A stretch of DNA of 64,000 nt from Acholeplasmataceae bacterium (GCA_963675245.1 OY775910.1:1312001-1376000), one strand, 5' to 3'; positions 20,043-31,330 are shown, counted from the stretch's first letter. The notes: generated by a model from the letters alone, not told the origin. Numbers and translations: made by a program.

Positions 20043-21554
20043 ATGGTCATGGGTAATAAAAAACTCGCAATTTTATTTTTTCTATCAGTTTTATTAGCCT
20101 TTTTTTCCGGCTATTTTTCATCAACAGTGATTGAAAATCAATCGTCTATTTATAGTTCAGAAGCATTTACCTCAATCACTGATGAATTAGAACAATACTA
20201 TTATTACGAGATTGATGATGAAGAAATAAGCCGTGCGTTTATCGCATCCTTAGAAGCGATCATTAATCAGTATGCCATTGATAATGATGATCCATATACG
20301 AGGTTAAATGTAATACCCACAAGTATTACACCTTCAGATGCAGAGTCATTTGTCGGATTAGGCATATCATTTACGTTTAATGAAAATCATGAATTAGTCA
20401 TTTATGATGTGATGAACGAAAGTTCTGTGTTTGGCGTCATTTATCCAAATGATCGTATTATAGGTATGATATTTAATAGTGAACGATTGATGTTTGCTGA
20501 TGTCACAGAAGATGACGTCGTGGATTATATGTCAGGTGTTAAAGATGAAATTAAGTCATTAATTGTTGTTAATCCTGATAACGAAGAAGTGATCGTTGAA
20601 GCTACATATCAACGTATTGAAACACCAACAGCTTATACGAATCTTGATGTCAACACTGAAGATATTGCTTATATAAAAATCACTGAATTTTCTGCTTATG
20701 AACAACATGTGACAGCAGGAACTTCTCAAGTGTTTAGTAGTCTTTTATTAGACTTAGAAGATTCAATATTGACAGATGATACAAAAACGTTAATCATTGA
20801 CTTAAGAGATAATCCTGGTGGTTCATTATCAGCATTAAATAATATAGATTCTAATCAACCAGCAGGCATTACACAACAATTACTAACCAACGATCCTGCA
20901 AATCCAATTTTTACCATGACGGATAATGATGGTGTTGTGACTGAATTTTTTGGACGTTTAAGCAATCCTAAAGACTATGATATTAAACTATTAGTGAATG
21001 GTCATTCTGCTAGTGCTGCTGAAGTTTTAGCCGCTACACTAATGGATGCTGGTTATTCACTTTATGGTGAAGAAACGTATGGCAAAGGTGTTTATCAAAA
21101 CACGGTCTATTTACAAAATATTTCTAATTCAATATATGATTTCTACTTAACTTATACAGAAGGTACTTGGGAATATGGTTCATCATTGAACGTGATGGAT
21201 ACACCATTAACTGTTAATGCACTTGAACAAACAGACTTGTATACGATGGAAATGCCAGTTTATACTGGAGAAATAGCATTTGATCAAGTTTCTGAAGGCT
21301 TAGCAGTCTATCAGCAATTCTTAAATCTATATTTTGATTATCAAGGTGAAGATTTGATTCGTACGGATGGCTACTTTGATTTAAACACAGAAACAGCTAT
21401 CACACAGTTTCAAACCGATATGAATATTACAGTTACCGGCATATTAGATTTAGACACTTCCCATGCAGTTTATGATTACTTTAAAGCAGTTCGTAGTGAT
21501 GCAAACTATGATTTACAACTTCAAACACTGATTCAATTAATCGAAGGAGCATAA
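20043..21554 (+). CDS. S41 C-terminal processing peptidase with PDZ-like and peptidoglycan-binding-like domains
   Basis: Signal anchor, DLRDNPGG, SASAAE, TYGKG; C-terminal DGYF...TAITQFQ...TGILD. Confidence 0.85.
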   Translation: MVMGNKKLAILFFLSVLLAFFSGYFSSTVIENQSSIYSSEAFTSITDELEQYYYYEIDDEEISRAFIASLEAIINQYAIDNDDPYTRLNVIPTSITPSDAESFVGLGISFTFNENHELVIYDVMNESSVFGVIYPNDRIIGMIFNSERLMFADVTEDDVVDYMSGVKDEIKSLIVVNPDNEEVIVEATYQRIETPTAYTNLDVNTEDIAYIKITEFSAYEQHVTAGTSQVFSSLLLDLEDSILTDDTKTLIIDLRDNPGGSLSALNNIDSNQPAGITQQLLTNDPANPIFTMTDNDGVVTEFFGRLSNPKDYDIKLLVNGHSASAAEVLAATLMDAGYSLYGEETYGKGVYQNTVYLQNISNSIYDFYLTYTEGTWEYGSSLNVMDTPLTVNALEQTDLYTMEMPVYTGEIAFDQVSEGLAVYQQFLNLYFDYQGEDLIRTDGYFDLNTETAITQFQTDMNITVTGILDLDTSHAVYDYFKAVRSDANYDLQLQTLIQLIEGA

Positions 21555-21556
21555 TC

Positions 21557-22309
21557 ATGATCATTGAGTCGATTAAGAAACGAAAAGGTGACTTAATCGT
21601 AACATTTGAAGATGGGTCATCCATGCTAGTTGAATATGATATTTACTTAAAGTATCATTTGACACCTTCTTTAGCCATGGATGATAATATATTTAAGGAA
21701 ATGCAGGAAGAAAATGCATTTCTTTTCTTTAAGCGTCTCGCCTTAAAACGTTTAGCAAGAATGATGACTGCATTCGAATTATATACATATTTGATCGAGA
21801 AAGGTGCTCATAAAGGGATTGCTAACCAAATTGTATATGATTTTAAAACGAAGAAATATCTTGATGATGATACCTATGCAGCATGGTACATCAGTTCAAA
21901 ATCTTTGATCGAAGGACCACGGATGATTACCGATAAACTCAAACAAAAAGGTGTCTCTGATGACTTGATCAACAAGCATCTCAATCTCATTAATGAAAGA
22001 GATTGCTTAACAAAAAGTATCGCTAAGAAAATTAAAGGTAAGACCAATCAAAATAGACAACAACTTAAACTAAAATTAAAGCGTTACTATATGCAAAAAG
22101 GATTTAGTCTAGATATTGTGTCTGCCTGTGTAAATGAAGCTGTTTCACACATGAAAATTGATGAATCCTCGTTACTTAAAAAAGATCTTGAAAAGCTGAT
22201 TAAAAAATCAAAAGAGGATATTAATAAACAAAAAATAATTGAAAAATTATATCGAAAAGGATATCGATATGATGATATCAAACATGCAATCGAGGCGATT
22301 GATATATGA
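21557..22309 (+). CDS. recX: RecX family regulator
   Basis: YLDDDTYA, GPR...KLKQKG, LYRKGY repeats. Confidence 0.8.
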   Translation: MIIESIKKRKGDLIVTFEDGSSMLVEYDIYLKYHLTPSLAMDDNIFKEMQEENAFLFFKRLALKRLARMMTAFELYTYLIEKGAHKGIANQIVYDFKTKKYLDDDTYAAWYISSKSLIEGPRMITDKLKQKGVSDDLINKHLNLINERDCLTKSIAKKIKGKTNQNRQQLKLKLKRYYMQKGFSLDIVSACVNEAVSHMKIDESSLLKKDLEKLIKKSKEDINKQKIIEKLYRKGYRYDDIKHAIEAIDI

Positions 22310-23766
22310 TTTTATGGAAAAACGGTATACTTCATTCACTCGAAAATGAATATGATGTTTACCATCAAATGACAACTCATCAAGGGGTAATAGTTGCTTT
22401 TGATGATGACATTGATATATCTAATATTGATGAAGTTATTGACTTAGGTGGTGCACATTTATATCCAGGATTTGTTGATAGCCATCTGCATCTGATGGGC
22501 TATGGAAGGAAGCTATTTAGACCTAACTTAAATGGACTAAAAGTGAAAGAAGATATTTATAATATCATCCAAAATCATCCTGATCATCAGATTTTTGAAG
22601 GATATGAAGGGATTGACGTGACGAAGCATGATTTAGATCGTTTATTTAGTCATAGGTTGATTGTATTAAGACATAAGGATTACCATTCAGCTACTGTGAG
22701 TAGTGCTGTTTTAAAAGGTCTTGGATTTGAAAGTGATACAGGGATCTTAACTGAAGATAAAGCAACCAAAGCAATGATGACATTTGGACAAGTCACAAAC
22801 GATGATTTGAAAGCGATGTTTCATAGAGCTCTTCAATCCTTATACGCTTTTGGTGTAACAGGTGGTCACTCTGATGACTTAGCTTATTTTAATGGTTTTT
22901 ATGATACATTAAACGCGATGAAGCATGTTTTGAAAGATCATCCATTTCGAACACATTTGCTTATGCATCATGAGATTCTTGATGACTATATTCAGTCACA
23001 ATTTACTTTTTTAGATCAATCTGACTATTTACAATTAGGTGCGATAAAAATCTTTTATGATGGCACATTCTCATCAAAAACTGCTCTCGTATCAAAACCT
23101 TATGTCGATAAGACGTATGGTATAAGAATTTTTAAACCACTTGATTTAGAACGTTTGATTCAAAAAATTAGATTGCATCAATTGCCGATAGCAATTCATG
23201 TTATCGGTGATCAAGCATTGTCAGAAGTGTTTGATTTATTTGAAAAATACCCCGTTAAAAAAGGCTTGCATGATCGCATCATTCATGCTTCTTTATGGCA
23301 AGATAAGGATTTTGAAAGAGCAAAGAGATTATCCCTTATTTTTGATATTCAGCCACAATTTTTATCATCAGATATACCTGCAATACTTGATGTCTTTAAT
23401 GATCGACCAAAATCGTTATATAGATGGCGAAGTATGCTTGAAAAAGGTTTAATTATTTGTGGTGGATCAGATGCACCCGTAGAAATACCTAACCCCTTAC
23501 TTGGCATGTATGATGCAATCTATCGAGAAGCTGGAAAAGAAGTATATGATAAAAGTGAATGTCTATCGCGTTATGAAGCCTTAAAACTATATACGACTTA
23601 TGCGAATATACCGACTTATAAAACAAATAGAGGACAACTAAAAAAAGGTTATATTGCTGATTTTACCGTGCTAAAGGAAGATGTCTTAAACATCACTAAA
23701 TCACGCTTTAAAGATAACAAGGTTTTATTCACTATCATCAACGAGAAGATCGTCTTTAAACGATAA
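22306..23766 (+). CDS. Amidohydrolase family 3 (YtcJ-like)
   Basis: PGFVDSHLH, KIFYDG, HVIGD, GSDAP. Confidence 0.85.
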   Translation: MILWKNGILHSLENEYDVYHQMTTHQGVIVAFDDDIDISNIDEVIDLGGAHLYPGFVDSHLHLMGYGRKLFRPNLNGLKVKEDIYNIIQNHPDHQIFEGYEGIDVTKHDLDRLFSHRLIVLRHKDYHSATVSSAVLKGLGFESDTGILTEDKATKAMMTFGQVTNDDLKAMFHRALQSLYAFGVTGGHSDDLAYFNGFYDTLNAMKHVLKDHPFRTHLLMHHEILDDYIQSQFTFLDQSDYLQLGAIKIFYDGTFSSKTALVSKPYVDKTYGIRIFKPLDLERLIQKIRLHQLPIAIHVIGDQALSEVFDLFEKYPVKKGLHDRIIHASLWQDKDFERAKRLSLIFDIQPQFLSSDIPAILDVFNDRPKSLYRWRSMLEKGLIICGGSDAPVEIPNPLLGMYDAIYREAGKEVYDKSECLSRYEALKLYTTYANIPTYKTNRGQLKKGYIADFTVLKEDVLNITKSRFKDNKVLFTIINEKIVFKR

Positions 23767-23837
23767 TGTAAATGCCTTGAATCAAACCTCTGCTTTTTGT
23801 ACAATAATAATGTAGTGAAAAGGCATAGAGGTGTATT

Positions 23838-24482
23838 ATGACAGTAGAGTTTTATTTAGATTATTTGTGTCCAAAGTGTTATATACAACATAAAGTATTA
23901 GAAGACTTAGTTGATGAAAAACAACTTGCTGCAGATGATATCATTTATCGTAGTTATGAAATGGTGAATCATGAGCAATTTGATCAAAATTTGTCTTTTA
24001 TTGATTTTATTGCGAAATATAAGCATCTGCCTCATGAAGAGGTTATTGCATTTTTAAATGAAAGACAGATAGAAATTAGATTATTTCCAATCCATAATGT
24101 CCATAAAATGGCACATCTTGCTAAAAAAGAGAACAAATCCTTTTTATATAGCAAAGCAGTTTTTAAGGCAATCTATGAAGATCACTTTGATTTATCAGAT
24201 GTTGAGAAACTCAAAGAATTAGCATTAAATGTTGGATTACCTAGCACGTTGGTAGATGAAGTATTAACGACCGATAAATTTTCAAATGCTGTCATTTCAA
24301 ATAAAGAAAATGCACTATTAAAAGGTGTTTCTGATCTCCCTTTTATTCGTATTAATAAGCATGTTAAATTAAAGGGATTATCCGATGAATATGATATTAT
24401 CGCAGCGATGAACAGAGAAAGATTGGGCGATAAAGAGTATTGTGTCGGTGATAATTGTGATCGACACTTAAAAATCAGTTAA
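23838..24482 (+). CDS. DsbA/FrnE-like thioredoxin-fold protein
   Basis: DYLCPKC motif, GVSDLPF. Confidence 0.75.
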   Translation: MTVEFYLDYLCPKCYIQHKVLEDLVDEKQLAADDIIYRSYEMVNHEQFDQNLSFIDFIAKYKHLPHEEVIAFLNERQIEIRLFPIHNVHKMAHLAKKENKSFLYSKAVFKAIYEDHFDLSDVEKLKELALNVGLPSTLVDEVLTTDKFSNAVISNKENALLKGVSDLPFIRINKHVKLKGLSDEYDIIAAMNRERLGDKEYCVGDNCDRHLKIS

Positions 24483-24507
24483 ACTTCCATTTATGGAAGT
24501 TTTTTTA
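24481..24507 (+). terminator. Intrinsic terminator
   Basis: AAACTTCCAT/ATGGAAGTTT plus T tract. Confidence 0.7.
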
Positions 24508-24686
24508 TTTCATTGATATAATGAAAATAGATTTTAATAGGAAAAATTGTGTGATTTCATTGATTTAAGGGGTCTTTACCGCTAAATTGGTGAATATACA
24601 TGGAAAATAAGCTATAAGCATGGTAAAATAATAGGTGATATTAAGCCTTTTTTTATTATATAAAAAAAACATAAAGGAGCGTATTC

Positions 24687-26066
24687 ATGGCACACTTGTT
24701 TGACACAATACCATCTACATTTTTTAGCCTACTCGCTTCTCCAAATAGACATGTATATGTCGATTGCATATTTATTATTTATCGAGCAATCGATAGTATT
24801 GAAGATGCTTTTCAAGGGGATCGTGATTTTATCGTCGGTAAATTAATTGATTATTTCGATGATCATGCTTCCGATGAATTTGAGGATGTAGAGGAAGAAG
24901 AACTAGCACATACTAGTCGTCAAAAAGCAAACCATGTTATTTCTGTACTCAAGAAGCATGGATGGCTCGGTGAAGAAGAATTAGGGGATTACCGTACATC
25001 GTTAAACTTATTTGATTATTCTATTAGAATTATTGATTTACTCGAAAAAATTGAAATAAAATCACAACCAGAATATACGGGTGAAATATTTGCGGTTTAT
25101 TCACTTTTAGCATCATTTACGATTGAAGAGGGCATTGGCGTGCTTGAGCAAGCAGCGATTAAGACCGAAGATATCATGCGTAAATTAAAAGCGTTAAAAG
25201 CGAACATATACCGCTTTTACTATGATATAACAAAGAAACATAAACGTGAAGATTTACAAGCATTACTTGAAAAATTACTTGTAGAATATAAACAAAACTT
25301 TTTTGATTCAGCTTATTATAATTTGAAAACAACCGACAGTTTATCACGCTATAAAAGAGGCATTTTAGAGTCTGTCAATAATATCATCAACAATGAAGAA
25401 ATTATGGATATGCTTGCTCAAAGTGTGATGCAGATTAAACATTTAGAAGATTACAATGATGGTTATCAATATGTTGAAGACCAATTAAGATCCATTTCTA
25501 ATAATTTTAGTGCACTAGAATATCTAATTTTAGCGATTGATAGAAAAAACGAACAGTATGTTAGTGCAGCTGCATCAAAAATTTTATTTTTCACTAATCA
25601 ATCTGATGACATTGAAGGAATATTTAATCGCTTGTTTAGAATCATACTATCGAAAGCTGATGTTGATTATTCGATGATTTTCAGATTGGTACAAACAAAA
25701 AATTTAGATACTGAATCACTCTATAATCAAAGACGTGCTAGACAAGAAACGGTACCTGATGAAATTAATTATGACGAGAACATGATTTCTGAGGCATTTC
25801 GAAACCAAAAGATTAAAGCTTTACTTAAAAATAATATTTATGGCAAAAAAGAAATTGATCGCTATGTGCTCTCACTATTAAGAGAAAGTGAAACGGTAGA
25901 AGCTGGTAGTATTCAATTAGACACACAAGAAGATTTCGTGAAACTCATTTTAATTTTCTTATACTCGAAATCTGTGGGTATGCACTATAATATCGAACTT
26001 ACTGGAAAAGTGGTAACGAATCAGCATATCAGTTTCCAAAACTTTGTGATTAAGGGGTTGAATTGA
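24687..26066 (+). CDS. jetA: Wadjet/Mks kleisin-like subunit (JetA/MksF, DUF5716-like)
   Basis: N-terminal LF..IP..FFSLLAS.NR..Y pattern, GWL motif; first gene of an SMC operon. Confidence 0.75.
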   Translation: MAHLFDTIPSTFFSLLASPNRHVYVDCIFIIYRAIDSIEDAFQGDRDFIVGKLIDYFDDHASDEFEDVEEEELAHTSRQKANHVISVLKKHGWLGEEELGDYRTSLNLFDYSIRIIDLLEKIEIKSQPEYTGEIFAVYSLLASFTIEEGIGVLEQAAIKTEDIMRKLKALKANIYRFYYDITKKHKREDLQALLEKLLVEYKQNFFDSAYYNLKTTDSLSRYKRGILESVNNIINNEEIMDMLAQSVMQIKHLEDYNDGYQYVEDQLRSISNNFSALEYLILAIDRKNEQYVSAAASKILFFTNQSDDIEGIFNRLFRIILSKADVDYSMIFRLVQTKNLDTESLYNQRRARQETVPDEINYDENMISEAFRNQKIKALLKNNIYGKKEIDRYVLSLLRESETVEAGSIQLDTQEDFVKLILIFLYSKSVGMHYNIELTGKVVTNQHISFQNFVIKGLN

Positions 26067-26707
26067 TGAATAAGACGCAAGCAATGAAACAACTAAATGA
26101 AAATTACATGTTGTTAAAAGAGGGCGAAAAAAACAATTTTTCAAGAATTGTAAATAAGTTATTTCAAGTGAATTTCATCACCAAGAAAAAACCAGGTGAA
26201 TCAAATGATTATCGGTTTATCTTAGCGTGGAAAGAAATTTTTGAAGCTTTTTTCGCACTCACTGATTTTCAACTAAATATTCATCGTGAAGATGAAGTTG
26301 TATATATTGCTAATGAGCAAGTATTCAATCATATGAGACTTAAAAAATCTGAAAGTATTATCATTTTGGTATTACGTATTTTATATCAACGTAAAAAAGA
26401 TTTTGTGACATTAGATGAAAATGTTGAAATATATCTACACGAAATTCATTCAGAATTAATGCGTGTCGGTTACCTTGACAATAAGCGCATTACCAAAGAT
26501 AAATTAAAACCAGCCTTATCGTTTTTAAGAGGCTATAATATTATTGATTATATCGATCGTGGATTGCATGATGATGCAAGAATCAAAATTTATCCAACGA
26601 TTTTATATGTCACTAATTTAGAAGGTATTAAAGAAGTCATTGATAGGTTTGAAGATTATACATCTGAAGGAGGTCCTGTAAGCGATGAAGAAACTGACGA
26701 AGATTAA
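26066..26707 (+). CDS. jetB: Wadjet/Mks KITE-like subunit (JetB/MksE, DUF4194-like)
   Basis: About 210 aa, LVLRILY and IYPTI motifs; overlaps jetA and jetC. Confidence 0.78.
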   Translation: MNKTQAMKQLNENYMLLKEGEKNNFSRIVNKLFQVNFITKKKPGESNDYRFILAWKEIFEAFFALTDFQLNIHREDEVVYIANEQVFNHMRLKKSESIIILVLRILYQRKKDFVTLDENVEIYLHEIHSELMRVGYLDNKRITKDKLKPALSFLRGYNIIDYIDRGLHDDARIKIYPTILYVTNLEGIKEVIDRFEDYTSEGGPVSDEETDED

Positions 26708-29700
26708 ATTAGTCAATTGGCACCTCTTTACAAATCAGACGATCGATATTAGAGATAATGCACTTATCTCAGGTGAAAATGGATCTGGTAAATCAACCTT
26801 ACTTGACGCGATGCAATATCTGCTTGTTGGTGGGCGCTCAGGTGCGAAGTTTAATATTGCTGCAACAGATGATGCAAGACGTACATTAGAAGGTTATGTC
26901 CGTGGCCGTATTGGTGCTGAAAATAAAGAATATTTAAGAAATGGTGATGTGATTACACATATTGCGCTAGAATTTTTTGATGAACAATCGAAACAATATT
27001 CTGTGATTGGTTCTATTCTTGAGTTACCTAAAAGCGGACAACTAAAAGAAAGACTATATTTACTTGAAAATGTGTCTATCCATGATAGCCTCTATCTTGA
27101 GAAAAAATATCCAAGAGATTATAAGAGCATCAAAGGCTACCTAAAAGATTTAGATATCGATTTTAAACCTTTTGATACGCAAAAGAAATACCGTGAAGCG
27201 CTTGCTCATTTCTTTGGTATGGACGCCACTAAGTATGCGAAAATATTACCAAAAGCTTTAGCGTTTAGATCGATCGATTTACAACAGTTTGTCTTTGAAT
27301 TTTTATTAGACGATGATCCGATTGACATTCAATCACTCAAAAATAATGTTGCACAATTGAAACGTGTTGAAGCTCAAATTCAATTTGATAAAGAAAAATT
27401 AACAAAGTTAGATGCTTTATCAGAGCTTGGTGAAGATATCGTTCATAACAAGCAACAAAAAGATATTAATACGCTCATAGATCAACTCAATTGGATTGAA
27501 AAACGTGAAGCGTTTATTAAAGAAAATGAATCAAAACTCACACATATTGGCAAGCAACTTGACTACTTAAGAGAAGCAAAGCAACAAATCGATGATCAAA
27601 TTGATGAGAATGATATTGCTATTTTAAATTTAGAACGTGCTAAAAGCGATTCAGATTTATCGAGAACATTGTCTTCTTATCAGGATGCATTAAAGAAGAA
27701 AGGTCAAGAATTTGACCAACAAAAAGAAATATTATCACAAGTTAAACAAATGCTTGCAAAAGAATTTACAACGATGAAAGAACTCACGAATATCGTACCG
27801 AATGCAGCGATTAAAGCATTTGTTCAATATTATCAAACAGCGATGGACAACATTGATCATGAAGAGATCTCTAATCATTTAGAGATCATTAGTGGCGAAG
27901 TCTCTTCACTTCTTCAAGCCTATCATACTGAACGCAACAAAGTTGAACAAGATAAAACAGAATTATCAGAAAAGATACGTGAGTCACAACAGCGTTTAGG
28001 ACAATTGAAAAAACATGTTAAGACATACCCATTTCATGTCCAAAAACTAATGACAGCACTTAATGATGGTCTCTCAAACATGTATCAAAAAGAAGTTAAT
28101 GTCCAACCTCTATGTGAATTACTAGAAGTTAATGATGAAACATGGCGTAATGCACTTGAAGGTTATTTAGGAGGACAACGTTTTGATATTATTGTTGACC
28201 CATCATATTTTAACGATGCATTAGACATTTACGATCAAGTAAAAGTTGAACAAAAGATTTATGGTGTTGGTTTAGTAAACACACAAAACCTTTCTGAATA
28301 TAGTGAAGTAAGTGCAAATAGCTTAGCAGCGAAACTTGATACAGACCACCGTTATGCAAGACTATATGCCAATATGTTATTAAATGGCGTTACCACGGTA
28401 GAAAATGTTCAAGATTTAAAGAAATATAGACGTGCAGTAACACGTACTTGTATGACGTATGGTAATTATACAGCTAGACAAATAAATCCAAGAAATTATG
28501 AAGTGCCTTTCATTGGTCTAAGAGCAACTAATATTCAACAAGAACAAGAAAGTAAACTTTTAGAGCGCTTAGAAGCACAAATGAACACACTATATGATTT
28601 ATCTGACATGCAAACATCCGTCGTTCGCTTATTAAATCAATCAAAGAGTGCACAATTATTACACCAAGGACAAATTCGCTATTTTGATTTAATCAAACAA
28701 ACGAGAAGAGAATACACACAAATTGAAGATAGTGTGGCATCGTTAGCTAAAGATCAGAGTTTGAAACAATTGGATAAACAACTGGATGCGGCTAAAATCA
28801 TTAGACGAGATTTAAGACTTCAATCTGATCAACTTGTTGGAAAGATTGCTACACAACGTGAAGATCGTCAAAAAGTCATGGACCGTATTGAAGATGTTCA
28901 AGAAAAACTAGATGATTTTATGCAACAACAAAAAAATCTTGCTCAAAAACACCCAGAAAAATTATCGATTGCAAATACACAGTATTATGCCTTAAAAAAT
29001 AGATATAAACAAGATCATGATAAGATTACCAATTATCTTTCAGAATCAACGGCAGCGATTCAATCACAAATTATTAAAGGTGAAGCGAATCTTGCTACGC
29101 AAATGAAAGATTACAATCTTTCCTATCATTTCGGTGCAGAACCGACATTAGAAGGTTTAGTGACATATGAACAAGAAGCCAACAAGATTAGAAATAATAA
29201 TCTTGTTCATTATGAGTTTGAAGCAACTGAACTTAGACGAAATTCGGAAATTGGATTTAAAGAAGAGTTTGTTGGTAAGCTTCGTGCATCTATTGAAAAT
29301 GCGCAACAACAAATCGCTGAACTTAACTTTGCTTTAACGGATAAAACATTTGGTAGTGACTCATATCAATTAACTTATAAAGCCTCAGATCATCCTGATT
29401 ACAAGCTTTATTATGATATTATTATGCATACGCAGGCGATCGAAAAGCATACACTATTCACAGAAGGTTTATCAAAACGTAAAGAAACAATTTTAACAGA
29501 ATTATTTGAAAAGATCGCATCGAATGATCCTGAGTATGATAATTTAACATATAAGTTTTTGGATTATAGAAATTATATGTCTTATGACATAGAAGTCACG
29601 AATATCAATGGTAATAAATCACTCTTCTCCAAAGTATCTAAAGAAAAGAGTGGTGGTGAAACTCAAGTACCATTCTATATCGTTATTGCTGCATCTTTCC

Positions 29701-29960
29701 AACAACTATTAACTAAAAACAGAAGAATTGACTCGGGTTGCATCGTTTTATTCGATGAAGCATTCAATAATATGGATGAATCAAGAATTGATGCCATGAT
29801 GAAATTCTATAACAGCTTATCAATTCAACTGTTGATTGCTGTACCACCACAACGTGTATCAAACATTATTAATTATGTGAATACAAGTTTAGTCATTGTT
29901 AAAGACAATGATTACGCAATTGTAGAAACATTTAATGATAACAGATTGATTGGATTTTAA
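26685..29960 (+). CDS. jetC: SMC/MukB-like ATPase (JetC/MksB)
   Basis: LVNW, Walker A GENGSGKST, long coiled coil, signature SGGE, Walker B LFDEAF. Confidence 0.88.
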   Translation: MKKLTKIKLVNWHLFTNQTIDIRDNALISGENGSGKSTLLDAMQYLLVGGRSGAKFNIAATDDARRTLEGYVRGRIGAENKEYLRNGDVITHIALEFFDEQSKQYSVIGSILELPKSGQLKERLYLLENVSIHDSLYLEKKYPRDYKSIKGYLKDLDIDFKPFDTQKKYREALAHFFGMDATKYAKILPKALAFRSIDLQQFVFEFLLDDDPIDIQSLKNNVAQLKRVEAQIQFDKEKLTKLDALSELGEDIVHNKQQKDINTLIDQLNWIEKREAFIKENESKLTHIGKQLDYLREAKQQIDDQIDENDIAILNLERAKSDSDLSRTLSSYQDALKKKGQEFDQQKEILSQVKQMLAKEFTTMKELTNIVPNAAIKAFVQYYQTAMDNIDHEEISNHLEIISGEVSSLLQAYHTERNKVEQDKTELSEKIRESQQRLGQLKKHVKTYPFHVQKLMTALNDGLSNMYQKEVNVQPLCELLEVNDETWRNALEGYLGGQRFDIIVDPSYFNDALDIYDQVKVEQKIYGVGLVNTQNLSEYSEVSANSLAAKLDTDHRYARLYANMLLNGVTTVENVQDLKKYRRAVTRTCMTYGNYTARQINPRNYEVPFIGLRATNIQQEQESKLLERLEAQMNTLYDLSDMQTSVVRLLNQSKSAQLLHQGQIRYFDLIKQTRREYTQIEDSVASLAKDQSLKQLDKQLDAAKIIRRDLRLQSDQLVGKIATQREDRQKVMDRIEDVQEKLDDFMQQQKNLAQKHPEKLSIANTQYYALKNRYKQDHDKITNYLSESTAAIQSQIIKGEANLATQMKDYNLSYHFGAEPTLEGLVTYEQEANKIRNNNLVHYEFEATELRRNSEIGFKEEFVGKLRASIENAQQQIAELNFALTDKTFGSDSYQLTYKASDHPDYKLYYDIIMHTQAIEKHTLFTEGLSKRKETILTELFEKIASNDPEYDNLTYKFLDYRNYMSYDIEVTNINGNKSLFSKVSKEKSGGETQVPFYIVIAASFQQLLTKNRRIDSGCIVLFDEAFNNMDESRIDAMMKFYNSLSIQLLIAVPPQRVSNIINYVNTSLVIVKDNDYAIVETFNDNRLIGF

Positions 29961-29971
29961 CAGGAGGACAT

Positions 29972-31291
29972 ATGAAATCAATGACATCAGGTAAACTTGC
30001 ATCACTTGCCGTTAGTGCAAGTCAAAAACCAGTACAACAAGCGTTAAAGCGTGTGCTTTATGCCAATGATATTCAGACGGCTATTCAAAAACAAGAACGC
30101 ATTCCAGCCAATCAGTTTGTGTTTTCAAATGAGATTAAAACATTACCGGTAGCAAACCAAAAAGCAAGCGGTCGTTGTTGGATCTTTGCAGGTCTAAATG
30201 TCCTGCGTGAATTAGTCGCAAATAAATATCAATTAACGTCCTTTGAATTCTCACAAAACTATACAGCTTTTTATGACAAACTCGAAAAAATTAATTACTT
30301 TATTGAATCCATTGATGATTTTTTAGAAGTTGATCAAGATGACAGAACCTTGCAACACATTTTAAAAAATGGTATTCAAGATGGTGGTCAATGGGATATG
30401 TTCGTAAGTCTTATAGAAAAATATGGGGTTGTTCCTAAAGCATATATGGAAGAGACGGTCTCATCTTCAAAAACAAGACCTATGAATCAGATCATTAATT
30501 TTAAGTTAAGACAATATGCTGCTAATGCGAGAAAGCTACATAAAGAAAGAAAATCATTAGACGTATTAAAAGAGAAAACACTCGATGAACTTTATACATT
30601 TTTAGTGACAGCATTTGGTGAACCACCAAGCGTCTTTGATTTCAATTATGTGAATAAAAATAATGAATATCAAGTGATTAAAAATTTAACACCTCAAAGC
30701 TTTTATAAAGAGGCAGTTGGTCTTGATTTAAATCATTACGTTTCCGTGATAAATGCACCAACAAACGATAAACCTTATATGCATTCATACACGGTTTCAT
30801 ATTTAGGTAATGTTGTTGGTGGTAAAGACATTAAATATTTAAATGTTGATATGAAACGATTAAAATCACTAGTCATTGCGCAATTAGATGCAAAAGAAGT
30901 GGTATGGTTTGGATCAGATGTTGGACGCTATGGTGATCGTACACTAGGTGTGTGGGATTCAGAGTATTATGATGATACATTACTCGGTATGGATATGAGT
31001 ATGAGTAAAGAAGATCAGTTAGATTATGCGCAAAGCTTAATGACACACGCGATGGTGATTACAGGTGTTCATTTAGATGACAATCAACCTGTTCGTTTTA
31101 AGATTCAAAATAGTTGGGGAGATACAACAGGCAATAAAGGTTACTATTTGGCATCTGATGCTTGGTTTGATCAATTTGTTTATCAAGCAGTCATTCATAA
31201 GAAATATTTATCTAAAGAAGAATTAATAGCATTTGAAGAAGAACCTAAGGTCTTAAAACCATGGGATCCAATGGGTGCTTTAGCCGACTAA
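29972..31291 (+). CDS. pepC: Aminopeptidase C (C1B, bleomycin hydrolase family)
   Basis: QKASGRCW, THAM, NSWG, PWDPMGAL. Confidence 0.95.
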   Translation: MKSMTSGKLASLAVSASQKPVQQALKRVLYANDIQTAIQKQERIPANQFVFSNEIKTLPVANQKASGRCWIFAGLNVLRELVANKYQLTSFEFSQNYTAFYDKLEKINYFIESIDDFLEVDQDDRTLQHILKNGIQDGGQWDMFVSLIEKYGVVPKAYMEETVSSSKTRPMNQIINFKLRQYAANARKLHKERKSLDVLKEKTLDELYTFLVTAFGEPPSVFDFNYVNKNNEYQVIKNLTPQSFYKEAVGLDLNHYVSVINAPTNDKPYMHSYTVSYLGNVVGGKDIKYLNVDMKRLKSLVIAQLDAKEVVWFGSDVGRYGDRTLGVWDSEYYDDTLLGMDMSMSKEDQLDYAQSLMTHAMVITGVHLDDNQPVRFKIQNSWGDTTGNKGYYLASDAWFDQFVYQAVIHKKYLSKEELIAFEEEPKVLKPWDPMGALAD

Positions 31292-31300
31292 AAAAAGTAG

Positions 31301-31330
31301 AGCCTAATCGTCGAATTAGGCTTTTCTTTT
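31301..31330 (+). terminator. Intrinsic terminator
   Basis: AGCCTAAT/ATTAGGCT plus T tract. Confidence 0.7.
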
